DNA of 64,000 nucleotides from Camelus dromedarius (lineage: Eukaryota). This document shows, one piece after another, positions 27,257 to 41,039 of this stretch. The position numbers were made by a program, and so were the translations under genes. Numbering within the stretch: position 1 is the stretch's first letter; each line of letters begins with the position of its first letter. Location of the stretch: positions 69,132,001 to 69,196,000 of the forward strand of contig NC_087436.1 of assembly GCF_036321535.1 (NCBI RefSeq), written 5' to 3'. The notes under the pieces are model-generated. The model saw only the letters and a program-made list of their open reading frames with translations, had not been told where the DNA came from and did not search any database.

Positions 27257-29304
27257 GTAAGTGCATAAGAAGGCAGAGATGTGAGGGATCTACTTATAAT
27301 TCTGTAGAAAATTTAAATGTGGGGTATACCAGGGCACGTTGAGTGGTGGAATGTTTCATATTCTTACTGCTTACTGCAGACTTTGAAGCAGTTCACGGTT
27401 TGTTTTTACTAAAAGTGACTAATCCCATTTAACTAGACTATATTTCTTTCACTGATCAAGCATGAACTACTTAGGTTGAGGCAACTCCTACATACAACTT
27501 TCAGGTAATGTCCTAGTGATATAGCAAACTAGGTAGTGTCCTAAAGATACCATAAACTAGGATGTTTTCTTTTTGTGCTTGGATCTTTAAATACAACTCT
27601 GTAATTAATATTACAGATAGGTATTTCTAAGCTCTATATATTCTGGCTGACTCAATTTTCGTACGATAGATGGTATATATTTAGTTAATAGATAAACTCT
27701 AATCTCATTTAGTCATTTATTTCTGGTTCTACCATATTTTGTTAAAGCTAGTAATCAAATGAATTATTTCACCTCTCTGTCTCTTGATTCTTATGATGAT
27801 ACAGCAAATGACAAACAGATAAGAAGCAATGCAGCAGAAAAGTAATTGTCTCTTAATAAATTTTGGTTCCAATAGTTGATATGAAAGCTTTTTTTCAGTA
27901 ACTTCAAAGTAGGATGAATGAAAGACAGTCTCCAGTTTGAGATTTCTGGGTCTTCAACATAGTAGTTGGGTCGAGTTTGTTTCTTAAATGTTATGCACGC
28001 ACACGCGCACACACACTCTCTGACTCTGTGCTGGGCCACATAAACTCCTTTTATCTTCCCAGATGGTGAAGGGCTTGCATATTTGAGAGGGCCCGTCAGA
28101 GCAGTAGTTTCCTAGCCTGTCATTGAGATACTTTGGTCTGTCATTTATTTCGTTATCCTTATACAGATATTAATCCTTCAAAATAAAGTCATACTAGAAC
28201 TTTCAATATTCAGTAAAACAGTCTGTGAATATTAATGACTAATAGACTTTAGTGGGGTTTTTTTTTTTTCAGTCACAGAAAAAGAAATATACAGCCTGTG
28301 TATGATGAAATCTTAGTTAACTAGATTACTGGGTTGTGTTTAAAAAAAATCCCTTTTGTGAATGATCATATTATTTTCACAATAGGAAGTTTTCCTGAGA
28401 TTCTTTTACAAAATATACTCGTCTTTTTTAACAAGTTCTGTTTCGTGCACATTTATGTGCTTGCTTTTTGGTTAGTATTTATGTTCCATGCTCACGTAAT
28501 ATTTACTTATTTATTATATATGAAAGGTAATGTGGAATTGTTGAACCTTATATCCTGTATATTCCAGCTGACTTTTGAAGAGACCAAGTTCAGTAAGTAG
28601 AGTTGAGCTGCGAACTAAGAGTAGAAAGCCCAGAGGAGGTGTCAGACTTAGAAGTAGCCGCATGGCACCTTTGCACCTCAGTTGCTTAACCTTACCCTTC
28701 GCTGTCCTCCTCTACCTTTTGTGGATTATTAGCTCTGTGTGGAGTAGACTCCACAATCTTACTGCAGTACGTATTTTCTCAAAATTCTATGAAATGCCTG
28801 AACTGTTTGTTATTAACAGTGATTTAGTTTGAGAGAAAATCCAGAATGGAAAAATTCCTAATTTCACCTTAAGAGGGCAGAGTTGGCTTAGTTTTAGTTT
28901 GTAGAATCAAAGGAGGAAAAACAGGGTTCACCATGTTGCAGAAAAACATTGATGACATTTAATGTAATTGGCAACATGTATTCATGTCTTGATCATGTGG
29001 TTGATGGTCCCCACTAGGTGATTATTTTGGCCTAAATCTTATTAAAGGGATTGGATGGAGAAATTAAATAGAAAACTAACTACATGAAGTAATTTTTAAC
29101 GAGATTTGAATAATCCTCTGCTGTAGGTGTCTAATGAGTAAGACATCAAAATCCTTTTTCTAAACAGCGTCAGAATTACATTCTGTGAATTAATGCATAA
29201 GTATATTTCTCTAGATTCTTTCTCTCTACCAGACAATTATAATAAAGGGACTCATAAATTCCATTTGATTTTGACATACCATACCCATTTCTTACCTTTT
29301 TTAG

Positions 29305-29529
29305 CATGATTATGATATGAGGGTGGATGATTTCCTTCGTCGAACACAAGCTGTTGTCAGTGGTCGGAGAAGTAGACCCCGTGAAAGAGATCGGGAGCGA
29401 GAACGTGACCGTCCTAGAGATAACAGAAGAGACAGAGAGCGAGATAGAGGACGTGATAGAGAAAGAGAAAGAGAGCGATTATGTGATCGGGACAGAGACC
29501 GAGGGGAGAGAGGTCGTTATAGAAGATAA
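29305..29529 (+). CDS. YTHDC1: YTHDC1 exon 17 coding part
   Basis: ttttag|[37 protein letters not shown]...RGRYRR, then TAA; ORF 29317..29529. Confidence 0.97.
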   Translation, partial: HDYDMRVDDFLRRTQAVVSGRRSRPRERDRERERDRPRDNRRDRERDRGRDRERERERLCDRDRDRGERGRYRR

Positions 29530-30275
29530 TGCGCTTTTGGAAGCACTGATTGTTTAAAGATAAAAAATCTTGTATTTTTCTTTTTGTGTGTGTTTACAAG
29601 TAGTAAATTTATTTTCAGCTGTCTGCTTAAAGTTCATTGTGTAGAAGGATTTATTATGACCCTCTTTGTTCCAAGCATGCAGTATAATAAGAACTGGAAA
29701 AACTCAAATCCTCCAAAAATGCACAGCTGACAATTTGAGTTGACACTTACTGGGGCAGAATGGAACAGTCCAAGAATGTAGATATTGATTCATTCTCCGT
29801 AATGTTTATCTACTTATAGTGTGTTCATCCTAGAGTTATTTTTGTTTGTTTTCTTCCTTTTGGATCTTACTGATGACTGCCATGATATTTTGCTTTGATG
29901 TGTTTCTAAATGTAGTTGCACACGGTTCAGTAAAAATAATGCTGCTATCAGGTATGCAAATATTGAAGTATGATGGTTTGACTGTATGGCAGTGTTGTAG
30001 CAGCCTCTTGGTTTCTCCCTTTCCTTTTTTTTTTAATCTTAAAAAAGGTCACTTTTTATTTTTCTTCCATCTTCAATGATGAGAGCAATATTAAGAAGAC
30101 ATTGCTATCTAATTTTTAATCTTTTTAAATAAATTCCCATGTTCAGTAGCATGGTTGATGCCATCGCTTTAGCCTTCCCCTCCACACTGTACACATCGGC
30201 CTGGAATGTTCACAACTTGTGTGTGCGGCAGCGGAAGATAATTCCCGTATTCTACATTGCTACTGTTTTGTATAA

Positions 30276-30325
30276 AATAAATTGGTAAAGATTGACACTT
30301 ACCCGTTGTGTTTCTTTCTTGTCTG
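30276..30325 (+). terminator. YTHDC1 distal poly(A) signal with downstream GU/U-rich element
   Basis: AATAAA 30276-30281 followed about 25 nt later by gttgtgtttctttcttgt; a second AATAAA lies at 30128-30133. Confidence 0.75.
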
Positions 30326-30469
30326 GAAGCAAGTTTGTTTTCTTATGTATTAGTGGGCATCAAAGAATGCTTTGTGTTTAGGGATTGTAGGGGCCCCATT
30401 TGCCTTTTTTTTTTTTTTTTTTTTTGCATATTTTAGCAATTAACCTAGGTCATTTAACTTTCTTTTTTT

Positions 30470-30937
30470 ATGTATATTTTTATTGAAGTATAATCAGTCT
30501 ACAGTGTTGTGTCAATTTCTGGTATACAGCACAATACTTCAGTCATATAGGAACATACATATGTTTGTTTTTATATTCCTTTTCACCATAAGTTACTACA
30601 GGTTATTAAATATATTTCCCTGTGCTATACAGTATAAACTTGTTTATCTATTTTATATATATTAGTTAGTATCTGCAAATCTGAACTCCTACTTTATCCC
30701 TTCCCCCTGGTAACCATAGTTTGTTTTCTGTGTGAGTCTGTTTCTGTTTTGTAAGTAAGTTTGTCTTTGTTTTTCTTTTTTTTAGATTCCACGTGTAAGT
30801 GATACATGGATTTTTCTTTCTCTTTCTGGCTTGCTTCACTTAGAATGACAATCTCCAGGTTCATCTGTGTTGCTGCAAATGGCATTATTTTATTATTTTT
30901 TATGGCTGAGTAGTATTCCATTATATAAATATACCAC
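30470..30937 (-). mobile_element. L1 3' end fragment
   Basis: T-rich tail at left; ORF 30694..30921 MEYYSAIKNNKIMPFAATQMNLEIVILSE matches the L1 ORF2 C-terminus. Confidence 0.9.
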
Positions 30938-31839
30938 AGGTTCTTTAATTAACTTTCTAATACAAGAACTAATGGTACACAATGGAGTTAATTTCCTATG
31001 TTGGTTAAGTGTTCTTCACCTGATAAAATTTTTGGTTCTACTCTGGGCACAGAATTGCTTTCTTCTTTCAGGTTTTCTGTTTTCATCTTTGATAAGTTAG
31101 CTACCTTAGATATTTTCTATTTTACTTAAAATTTAAACCACATAGTTATTTTAAGTTCATCATTCCCTGTCAGTAATAACAAGCTATATAAAACACAGTT
31201 TATGAAAAATATTTTTGTGTTTTATTTTGAGTTACACTTGTAATTTTGGCTTTTATTATGTTGAATATTTAAACATTTGGGATATCTGAATATTTGACCA
31301 CATTTTTTGTTTTCATGCATTGTCATATTTATAATTGTGTCCTGAACTAATCAGAATCACAGTTTGGTATTTACTCTATTTATTAGTCTCGAACATAAGA
31401 ACTTCACTGTGGAAGGATATTTAAAACTATCAGTTTACTGCTTCCATATTCTCACTGGCACTTAGAATATTTTTCCATGCACTTGTAATTAGTGGTTTTA
31501 TTTACCTATTTCAAAAATAAAGCCTAAGGGTTTATTTTAAATCTATCAGTGTAGGGAGAGACGAAAGAATATTTAACTATGTGTTAAGAAAACTGGGTTC
31601 TAGTTTCAGTATTTGCCTTCATTTAAACTAAACCAGCTGGTAATGCAATGCAGGTCATTTCACTGATACTTTGTTTTCATTAGTTTTACACATTAATATC
31701 TAAGGTTTTCTTTTCAAGTTCTTAAACTGAAAAATTTCTAAAATGTAGAGGAATCACTAAAAATGTTACTTTATGAGGTGACCAGTTATACAAGACCGGT
31801 GGGTAAATGACCAGTAGTCATTTTCCTGAAATTATAACA

Positions 31840-32030
31840 GTAATAATAAAATACAAGTTATATTGAGCGCTTAGCATTTAAAGGCACTTAGTGGCTTTCG
31901 TGTACTGACTTATTTCACCTTCATATGACATCCAACTCCCTATTTTTAAGATGGAGAGAGAGGCCCAAAGAAGCTAATAACTTGTCCAAGATTGTGAAGT
32001 TGATAATTGGTGGAGCCAAGGTTCAACCCG
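31840..32030 (-). mobile_element. MIR SINE
   Basis: tattgagcgctta...cctattttt aagatggag...taacttgtccaagatt...ggagccaaggttcaaccc. Confidence 0.7.
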
Positions 32031-32759
32031 TGTTTTTATCCAATTTGGTGTTTTTTGAAGAAGTCACCTCATCTCTTGGAAAAGTAGAGTATTAATAAAT
32101 ATTTTTAAATGATGATGCTGGGTTCTACTAAGAATATTAAATGTATTTCCTTCAGGTTTCTATTTCCTATTTCTGATTTCCTATTTAAGTACCAGATACA
32201 ATCCTATATGCTTAATGTTAGCTGATTTAGTCATCAAAATAATTGGTTTCTCCCCCTCCTGATCTTTTTTTTTCTGGTTTTAAAAATTATTTACTAAATC
32301 TGAGGGCTTCTCAGCACATTTCCTGCACGTGCCCTTCAGATATTCAGTCTGTAAATTCATAGCTGAGAGAACAGCTACAGAGATACTAAGAAAGACCTAC
32401 TCTGCTAAGGCTCCATTGGGTTTACCCTTCTAAAAGAGGTAACTGCCAGGTCAAGATGAAACCGCAGGTCGTTTATGCATTGATTTCCAATTGGGTTTTA
32501 AGAACCATACCATTTTGGTGTCCTGATTTTCCAAAACAAATTACTAGTTTTAGGTGACTAGTGACATAATCAGTCAGGAGCCCAAGCAAGATGAAGGAAT
32601 ACAGCATACATACCAAACATTAAAGACTCATTTTCCCCACATTCAGAAAAAATACTGATTTTTAAAAGTTTTTTAAAAGCAAGCCTATACAAAATAAAGT
32701 TCCCTTACTATTTTGTATATAAGTATATATATATTTTTTACAATATCAGGAACTTTTTC

Positions 32760-33480
32760 ATTTTTAAAAATTGAGGTATGGTTTATTTACAATGTTTCAG
32801 GTGTACAGCAAAGTGATTCAGTTCTATATATAGGTAAATCTATTCTTTTTCAGACTCTTTTCTTGCAAAGATTACTACAAGATACTGAATACAGTCCCCT
32901 GTGCTATAGAGTAGGCCCTTGTTGGTTATCTATATTATATGTGTTAGTTCCAAACTCCTAATTTATTCATCCCTCAAATTTCCCCTTTGGTAACCATAAG
33001 TTTGTTTTCTATGTCTGTGATACTATTTATGTTTTGTAAATAAGTTCATTTGTATCATTTTTTTAGATTCACATATAAGTGTTATGATACTTGTCTGTCA
33101 CTGACTCAGTGTCATAATCTCTAGGGCCATCCATGTTTCTGCAAATGGCGTTATTTCATTCCTTTGTATAACTGAGTAATACTCCGTTGAATATATCACA
33201 TCTTTATCCAGTCATCTGTCGATGGATATTTAGGTTGTTTCCATGTCTTGGCTATTGTAAATAGTGCTGTTACGAACATTAGAGTGCATATATCTATTGA
33301 TACTACAGTTTTCTTTGGATATATGCCCAGGAGTAGGATTGCTGGATCCTATGGTAACTCTTAGTTTTAGTTTTTTAAAGAAACTTCATACTATTCTCCC
33401 TAGTGACTGCACCAATTTACATTCCCACCAACAGTGTAGGAGGGTTCCCTTTTCTCCATGCCTTTTCCAGCATTTATCTT
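32760..33480 (-). mobile_element. L1 3' fragment (ORF2 end and 3' UTR)
   Basis: Minus-strand [23 protein letters not shown] is the L1 ORF2 Cys-rich motif. Confidence 0.9.
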
Positions 33481-36199
33481 CAAAGTAACTGGTTTCTCTC
33501 CTCCTGATTTTTTTGGATGAAAAAAACTGACAGGACCACGGTGTAAAAGATTGCATGATATTTTTTTTTCTCCTATGCAGAGGAGTCAAAATAATAGAAA
33601 TGTAAAATGGAAATCCTGATTAGCTATTTGAAGATATTTATGGCAGCTTTCCTTGCTGTGAAAAGCATAGTTTCTTTCATGTATTCCACAATATTGATTC
33701 TAAAAACCTATACATCACCAACATGTTCAAGTCAAAAACAAAATTCAATTATTCAGAGTTTATAGAAATTCAGTCAGGATTTTATTGGCTAGAGTAAAAC
33801 TTCAAGGGAGTGAAACAATGTCACTTCTCTTTTGGCTTTGCTTTCCCCTATGATCATAGATTTTATTCTCAGGCTTAGTCTTAAAATTATCATCCTAAGG
33901 CATTGAAACATGGAATAAGAAGGAAGTGTAAGTTGCCAGCATTTGACTGACTATGCTGGAGTTCCCGACTCCAAGGTCAGGATGACTGACACACATGGAT
34001 GATTTTATCCCAATTTTTAAAATTTGGTTTGATTTGGATAGAAAACATCCCAAGTGTAATTTGTTATATGTATTAAAAATTAGGCACCTGTGACACTATT
34101 TATCCAAACTTTTAGACTTCAAGTTCCTTGTAGTAGGAATTGGAATCTTAGAGCTTAAACAATTTAGAGCATTCCATCCTCTGTAATACGGGTCATTTAT
34201 TTTTTTCCCCTCCTTTTCATGCTTTTAAGTCTTTGTGGTTCCCTTTCAGTTTCTTCTCTATGTCCTAAACCTGTCTGTGGCATCTGAAAGACAATTCAAT
34301 CCTACAAATGATATTCAGGTTATGAAAGGTCAGGAAACTTCCGGATCTTGGCTTCCACTGAAGTCACTCAAAGGAACTTTGTTTTTAAAATGTGTGGCAA
34401 AAGACAGGGCAGGGGGCTGCAGTTAGCCTCACAGAATTTCCAAGGGACTCTGATTCTGGAATATGAGCTCAGATTTTCTTTTTTTTCCCTTAGGTTGGAA
34501 ATATTAAATCAACAAAATATTAACAACTGGCTAATAGACTACAAAAATTCCGTCTACCCGCTTCATTTGTAGTGGTTTTCAGAAGTGTATGCGAATTTTG
34601 GTACAAAATTAAGGAACTTAAGTGGTTTTTATGGGAACATCCTATTTAAAGTATTTTACTGGAGAAATGTGTTTTTCCTCTGTGTAACTTCTGAGAGTTT
34701 TTAACTGAAATCTATGATGACAGAATAATATTGGGATTGATTTTAACCTCGTAATACTCAATTTGGGGTGTGTGTGTGTGTGTGTGTTTTCAAAGCTATT
34801 TAGATGCACATAAAATTTTACTGAATGTAAACTTCCTTTTTGGGATTTTGGATTTAAAGTTAAATCCCCATTTGCATCATTTCTTATTTCAAAATCACAA
34901 ACCCATATTCTGTTTTGTAGAAAAACTCATGCAAGAACTTGGGCTCTTCTCATACTTTGTAAACAGACATCTTTAGAAACATACATTACCTATTCTGTAG
35001 CAGCTGTATTTCAACACCACAGTGAGGTCATACAGCTAGAGTGATGATTTGAGAACAGATGCACTGACTTCATTTTATTAATAAAGTCTAAATAATAGTT
35101 ACTGTGAATGTTAACTGGTTTCCTATGTAGCCTCCATCCTTTTTATACATTCTAACAGTTCTTCAGTTATCACTCAAGTATCCCCACCCTACCAGAACCC
35201 ATGCAATTCAGGAATAGTTGGCCCCATCCTTGGAGAATGGACTTGACCGTCCTGCGTTATCCCATTTCCTTAGGAACTCCTAGTCACATAGGGCCTGGCA
35301 TTCCTTTTGCCATGGCTTGGCTTAGAACTGGGCAGTTTACTATCCTTAGGCCAGTGAGATGTCATGGGAGTTTTTCCGAGAATTTCTGGGAAAGATTTGC
35401 CTGCTCTTAGGACAGTCACTGGAGTAGATACTTTTTTTTTTTTTTCACATCAGGGGACTAAATTATGCGAAAGCAAAGCCTGGAACTGTTACAACTATTT
35501 TGCCAGCTTCAGGGAACTGCTAGTTTAAGGATAGATCCAACAAACAGCAGGATAACCCATTCTGTCTTGCATCATAGAATAGGGTAGAACTTTATGTAAT
35601 CTTTGAGGAACTTTTCTACTTCACTGGGCCTTGAACCAAAGATGCCATAAATACAGTTGACGATTTACAGAAACAGAAAAATCATTGGGAAAGGGTCATA
35701 GATCTGAGTAAAGTAGTGGATGAGTGAGTGCAGGATCAATAGGAACAAACAGATCTTGATAAAACAAAGTACACTTCAGCTATTGAAGTGACACAGGGAT
35801 ATGTTTTGCACTTGAACTCATCAGACACAAGTGTTGATGTGGGGGAATGGTACTCAGGGCACACTGAGTTTGCACAGTAAAATTCTGGGGAAGGGCGAAA
35901 AGAGGAAGGAGGAGAGCTTTAATGATGTCATGTTTACTCTTCACATCATCTCTTTCTGATAGATGCTTCAGACTTTATTGTTAGGATGCGACAAGGTCAG
36001 GCTTTGAGCCACGTTGTTTTTACTGCAATAGCGCACAATCTGAGAGGAGGAAGGGAAAGCTTATTTGTCCTGTGTTTGGGAATGTGTTTCCTGGTGCAAT
36101 CTGGCAAAATAGTCTAGATGTGATATTGATTAGGAACGAAGGGAAAAAAATCAAAATATTTTTAAAAGCATTCAAAATTAAAAATTTATATTGATTTGT

Positions 36200-38516
36200 T
36201 TTTTAATTGAAATATGACAATATTAGCTTCAGGTGTCCAACATGATTTGGTATTTGTGTTGTGAAATCATCACCACAGTCAGTCTAGTTATCACCCATCA
36301 CTGTACGTAGTTTTACTTTCTTTTCTTGTGATGAGGACTTTGAAGATTGACTCCCCTAACAACTTTCAGATAGTCAGTGTGGTATTAGCTGTAGTCACCA
36401 TGCTGTGTATTGTATCTCCATGACTTGTTTCTTTTGTAACTGAACGTTTGTACTTTTTACCCCCTTCACCCACTTCACACACCCCCACCACCCATATTGC
36501 CCACCCCCACCACCTGCCATCTTTGGTAACCACCAACCTATTTTCTGTATTTTTGAGCTTTATTAAAGTTTTACTTTAAATTTTTTTCTTCTGGACTCTA
36601 CATATAAGTTATATCGTACAGTGTTTTGTCTTTCTCTGTCTGACTTAATTTCACTTGAGTGTAATGCCATCAAGGTCCGTCCATGTTACAAATAGCAATA
36701 TTTCATTCATTCTTATGGCTGAACAATACTCCACTGTGTATATATACACATTTTCTTTATTCACTTATGTCTGTACCTTGGCTGTTGTAAATTTGCAGTG
36801 AACATGGAGGTGGATATATCTTCCTGAATCAATGTTCTCATTTTCTTTGGGTAAATACCCAGAAGTGAAATTGCTGGAATGTATGGTAATTCTATTCTTA
36901 AATGTTTTTTAGAAACTGCCATATTGTTTTCTGTAGTGGCTGCACTGATTTATAGTCTCACCAACAGTGCAGGAGGGCTCCCTTTTCTCTACATCCTCAC
37001 CAAAACTTGTTATTTCTTGTCTTTCTAATAATAGCCATTCTAACAGGTGTGAGGTGATATCTCATTGTTTGATCTGCATTTCTCCGATGATTAGTGATGA
37101 TGAGAAGTTTTCATATACCTGTTGGCCATCTGTATGCTTTCACTGGAAAATGGCTATTCAGATCTGTCATTTTTTAATTAGTTTTTTTTGTGTGGCTATT
37201 TTATGAGTTTTTTAAAAAAATATATTTTGGGTGCTAACACCTTATCAGATATGATTTGCAAATATTTCCTCCAATTCTGTAGGTTGCTTTTCAATTTTGT
37301 TGATAATTTCCTTTGTTGAGCAGAGGTTTTTTAGTTTCATGTACAGGCACACCTCAGAGATACTGCAGGTTCAGTTCCAGACCACTGCAATAAAATTATC
37401 AATAAAACTAGTCACACAAATTTTTTGGTTTCCCAGTGCATGTAAGTTATGTTTATACTATATTATAATTTATTAAGTATGCAATGGCAATATGTTTAAA
37501 CAACAATGTATGTACCTTAGTTTAAAAATACTTTATTGCTAAAAAATGCTGATCATCATCTGACAAAGCAAGATTTCCACAAACTTTCAATTTGTAAAAC
37601 ATGCAGTATCTGTGAAAGGCAGTAAAATGAAGTGCAATAAAACAAGGTTGCTTGTAGTCTCACTTGTTTATTTGCTTTTATTGCCTTTGCTTTTGGAATC
37701 ATCCAAAACACCATTGCCATTCTAATGTCAAGGATCTTACCATCTGTGTTTTTTTTTTTTTTCTTTTCTAGTAGTTTTATTGTTTCAACTCTTTAATCCA
37801 TTTTGAGTTAACTTTTGTGTGTGGTGTAAGACATCCAGTTTCATTCTTTTGCATGTGGGCTTCTAGTTTTCCCAGCATCACTTATTGAAGAGATTGCCCT
37901 AATCCCATGGTGTATTCTTTGCTCTTTTGTTGTAAATTAGTTGACCATATATGTGTGGGTTTATTTCTGGGCTCTCTATTCTGTTCCATTGATTTATGTG
38001 TCTGGATGCCAATACCTACTGTTTTGATTACTATAGATTTGTAGTATAGTTTGAAATCAGGGTATGTGATGCCTCCAGCTTTGTCCTTTTTTCTTAAGAT
38101 TGCTTTGGCTATTTGGTGGTCTTTTGTGATTCCATACAAACATTAGGATTTTTTTGTTCCATTTCTGGGAAAAATGCCTTTGGGATTTTGGTAGGGACTG
38201 TAAATCTGTAGTTCACTTTGGTTAGTATGGACATTTTAACAGTAATAGTTCTTCCAATCCATGATCATGGAATATCTTCCTATTCATTTGTGTCTTCTTC
38301 AGTTTCTTTCATCAGTGTCTCTTACTGTTCAGAGTATAGATCTTTCACCTTGGTTAAATTTATTGCTAGGTATTTTCTTTTCAATGCAATTATAAATGGA
38401 TTGTTTTCTTAATTTTCCTTTCTGATAGTTTGTTATTAGTGTATTAAAACACAGCAGATTTTTGTATATGAATTTTATATCCTACACTTTTCCTGAATTT
38501 GTTTGTTAGTTCTAAC
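36200..38516 (-). mobile_element. L1 (3' UTR and ORF2 3' part), interrupted by a Tigger MITE
   Basis: ORF 37882..38139 [31 protein letters not shown] is L1 ORF2; L1 3' UTR at 36200-36700. Confidence 0.9.
37344..37654. mobile_element. Tigger1-derived MITE (Tc1/mariner-pogo)
   Basis: TA|CAGGCACACCTC ... AAGGTTGCTTG|TA: imperfect TIRs with TA target duplication. Confidence 0.85.
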
Positions 38517-41039
38517 GGTTCCCTGAGAGCATCTCCACAGGCCGCTAGAGGTGTGCCAGACCAGAAGCCTGCCCCTCAGGCCAAAGCTCCTGGACAAACA
38601 AACAGGTCTATTTTTAAGAAAGACTGAGGGCATGTTTCTGTCTACTGTCTTTGCAGTGCCCTGGGGGTGGTAGTCTGCCAAGAACTGTCTCTTCAATTGT
38701 TACAGTGCCATGGGACCCAGGAGCACAACCCCCCCACCAGCCTTCAGAGACCAGCAGTTGAGGGGTGTACCCTGGGCAGCAGCCACAAAAATCAGGACAC
38801 CAGCAGAGGGAGAGCATGAAGATGGCACCTGCCAAGAAGAGAGAAGGAAGAAAGAAAGATGCGAAAACGGCACCTGACAGCCTCTGTCCCTGGAGATTAT
38901 TCCAGGAAGCATGGGTAGCATATTATCAGTTTGATGTTTATTCCAGGCTTTTTTCTATGTTTGTATATAATCATTTGCATGCATTGTAAAATATCTTAGG
39001 AAATATTCTGCGGATAGTTTTTTTCCACTTAAAAATGTATCATGAACATACTTCAGAGTTAAAGAGTACTGACTTCCTTTTTTTTCTGTTTTGATGGCTC
39101 CAGCTTTTCTAACGTATGGATGTACCCAAATATCTTTATCCATTCACCTATTCTTAGACAATTAGAGAACTCCTCAATATCTTAGACAATTAGATAACTG
39201 TGCTATATCGAGTATTTTCACACATACATCTTAACACGCTGTTTTTTATAAGATAGGGAGGTATCTTGAAATGATATTGTTCAGTCATCTTACATTTTGA
39301 TAGTTATTGTCAAATTCTTCTCCAAATAGTTGTACAATTTACTTAAACAGTCTATGAGATTTGTCCATTTACTATGCACCCTTATCAGCACTGGGAACTA
39401 TAGAGCCCTTAAATCCCTGCAGTCTGACAGGAGAAAAACACTATTTCTTTTTAAAATTGATTTGCTTTTCCTTAATTATTTATAAATTTGAGCATCTTTT
39501 CATAAATTCATTGAACATTTCTATTCCTTTCCCTAGAAATTGCCTTCTCCTATTCTCTGCTTATGAGTTTACCTTTTTATATATGAATATTAATGTGACA
39601 TGTGTTATCAGTATTCTCAGCTAACGATGTCTTTTTATTTTGTTTATGGGATCTTCCTCCACATAAAAGTTTAAATCTTTCATGTAGTTAAACATACAAA
39701 TTATTTATGGATTCTTGGTTTTACACTGTTTTCATTCCAAGTTTCACAAGAACACAAAAAAAGTGTTCTTCCATGTAGTTTTAAAATTTTGAAGTTTTTA
39801 ATATTTAAATCTTCAATTCAATCTGCAGTTTGTTTTTGTGAGACTATCGCATGGGGGTCTCATTGTACAGTTGTCCCAACATGGTTTATAATTGAGAAAT
39901 CATGAGTAATTTTCAAAGCTCCCAATATTAGGCACTGAGTTTCTACATACACCTGGGTCTGCTTTGAACTCTAGACTGTTCATTGATCTACTTATCTGCA
40001 TCTGCTTACACCAGGGCCACAGTGTTTTCATAACTATGGTCCTCTCTAGTGTGTATTGTTGACTTTCAATTTTTTTCTTATCTTTGTGCATTTAATATTC
40101 CATAATAACACTAACATTTTGTGCCTTTTAAAAATATTTTCAGGATTTTGAATAAATGCATTGAGATCATGCAACTACTTGGAGAGAATAATTTAACTAT
40201 TGAGGTTACCCATCTAGGTACACAGTAGTTCTTTCCTTTTTTTTTTCATATTCTTAAGTAAATCTTTATATTTTTCTTCCAATGTGTATTGTACATTTCT
40301 CGTTAAGATTATTTTTATTTATTTTATGTTTTCCGTTCCTATTGTAAATTCTACAATATTTTATGTTTGATTTTTTTTCCTGACACTTAGGAAATCTATT
40401 GATTTTTAATATTAATCTTGTTCTTGGCCATCTTACAGAACTTACAATAACCTATGATAATTTTCCAGTTGTTACGTTTGATTTTTCTCAACAGACACCA
40501 TATTACCTACAAATAATGTCAAATTCTCCTTCTGTGTTCCAATTTTATTATTTTAACATATTTTTCTTATTGAATTGGCCAGGACTTCTAGTACAATACT
40601 GCATGGTTAAAGATTGACAACTAAATATTCTTGTCCAGTTCTTGACTTTCATGATAATGATACTTCATTTGAGAAGGAAAACAAAACTTAGCAAAAATCT
40701 AAGAATTCTTATATGTGGTTAAACAGATCAAACACTATATATGGCCTTATATTATAAAAGAAATATCTCCTCACCGTTAGCCTACTTAACCATTTCAGTT
40801 TTTGTTTCTTCTAGTGGTTATCACATCTCCAGATAATATCCTTACATAGCTGTTTATAGATTTATCAGGTTTATAAAATGCATTTTTATAATTAATTTAT
40901 CTAACCCTTGTAAAATTTTTTGCCTCTTTCCAAATCAGCCACATTTTTAGTCTCAATTCCTCCACTGAAGAACTGTGACCACTATCTGTGTCTTTACAGA
41001 AAGCTAGCTTCACTTGTCTCTTCATCCTCCTCTACTACA

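Larger units (their letters stand above)
6635..30300 (+). other. YTHDC1: YTHDC1 gene body in window (exon 2 to poly(A) site); exon 1 and promoter are upstream of the window
   Basis: 16 GT-AG exons splice into one frame (2168 nt in window): Glu-rich region, YTH domain, Pro-rich region, Arg/Asp/Glu tail. With a 28-nt exon 1 CDS as recalled for human this gives about 731 aa. Confidence 0.98.
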
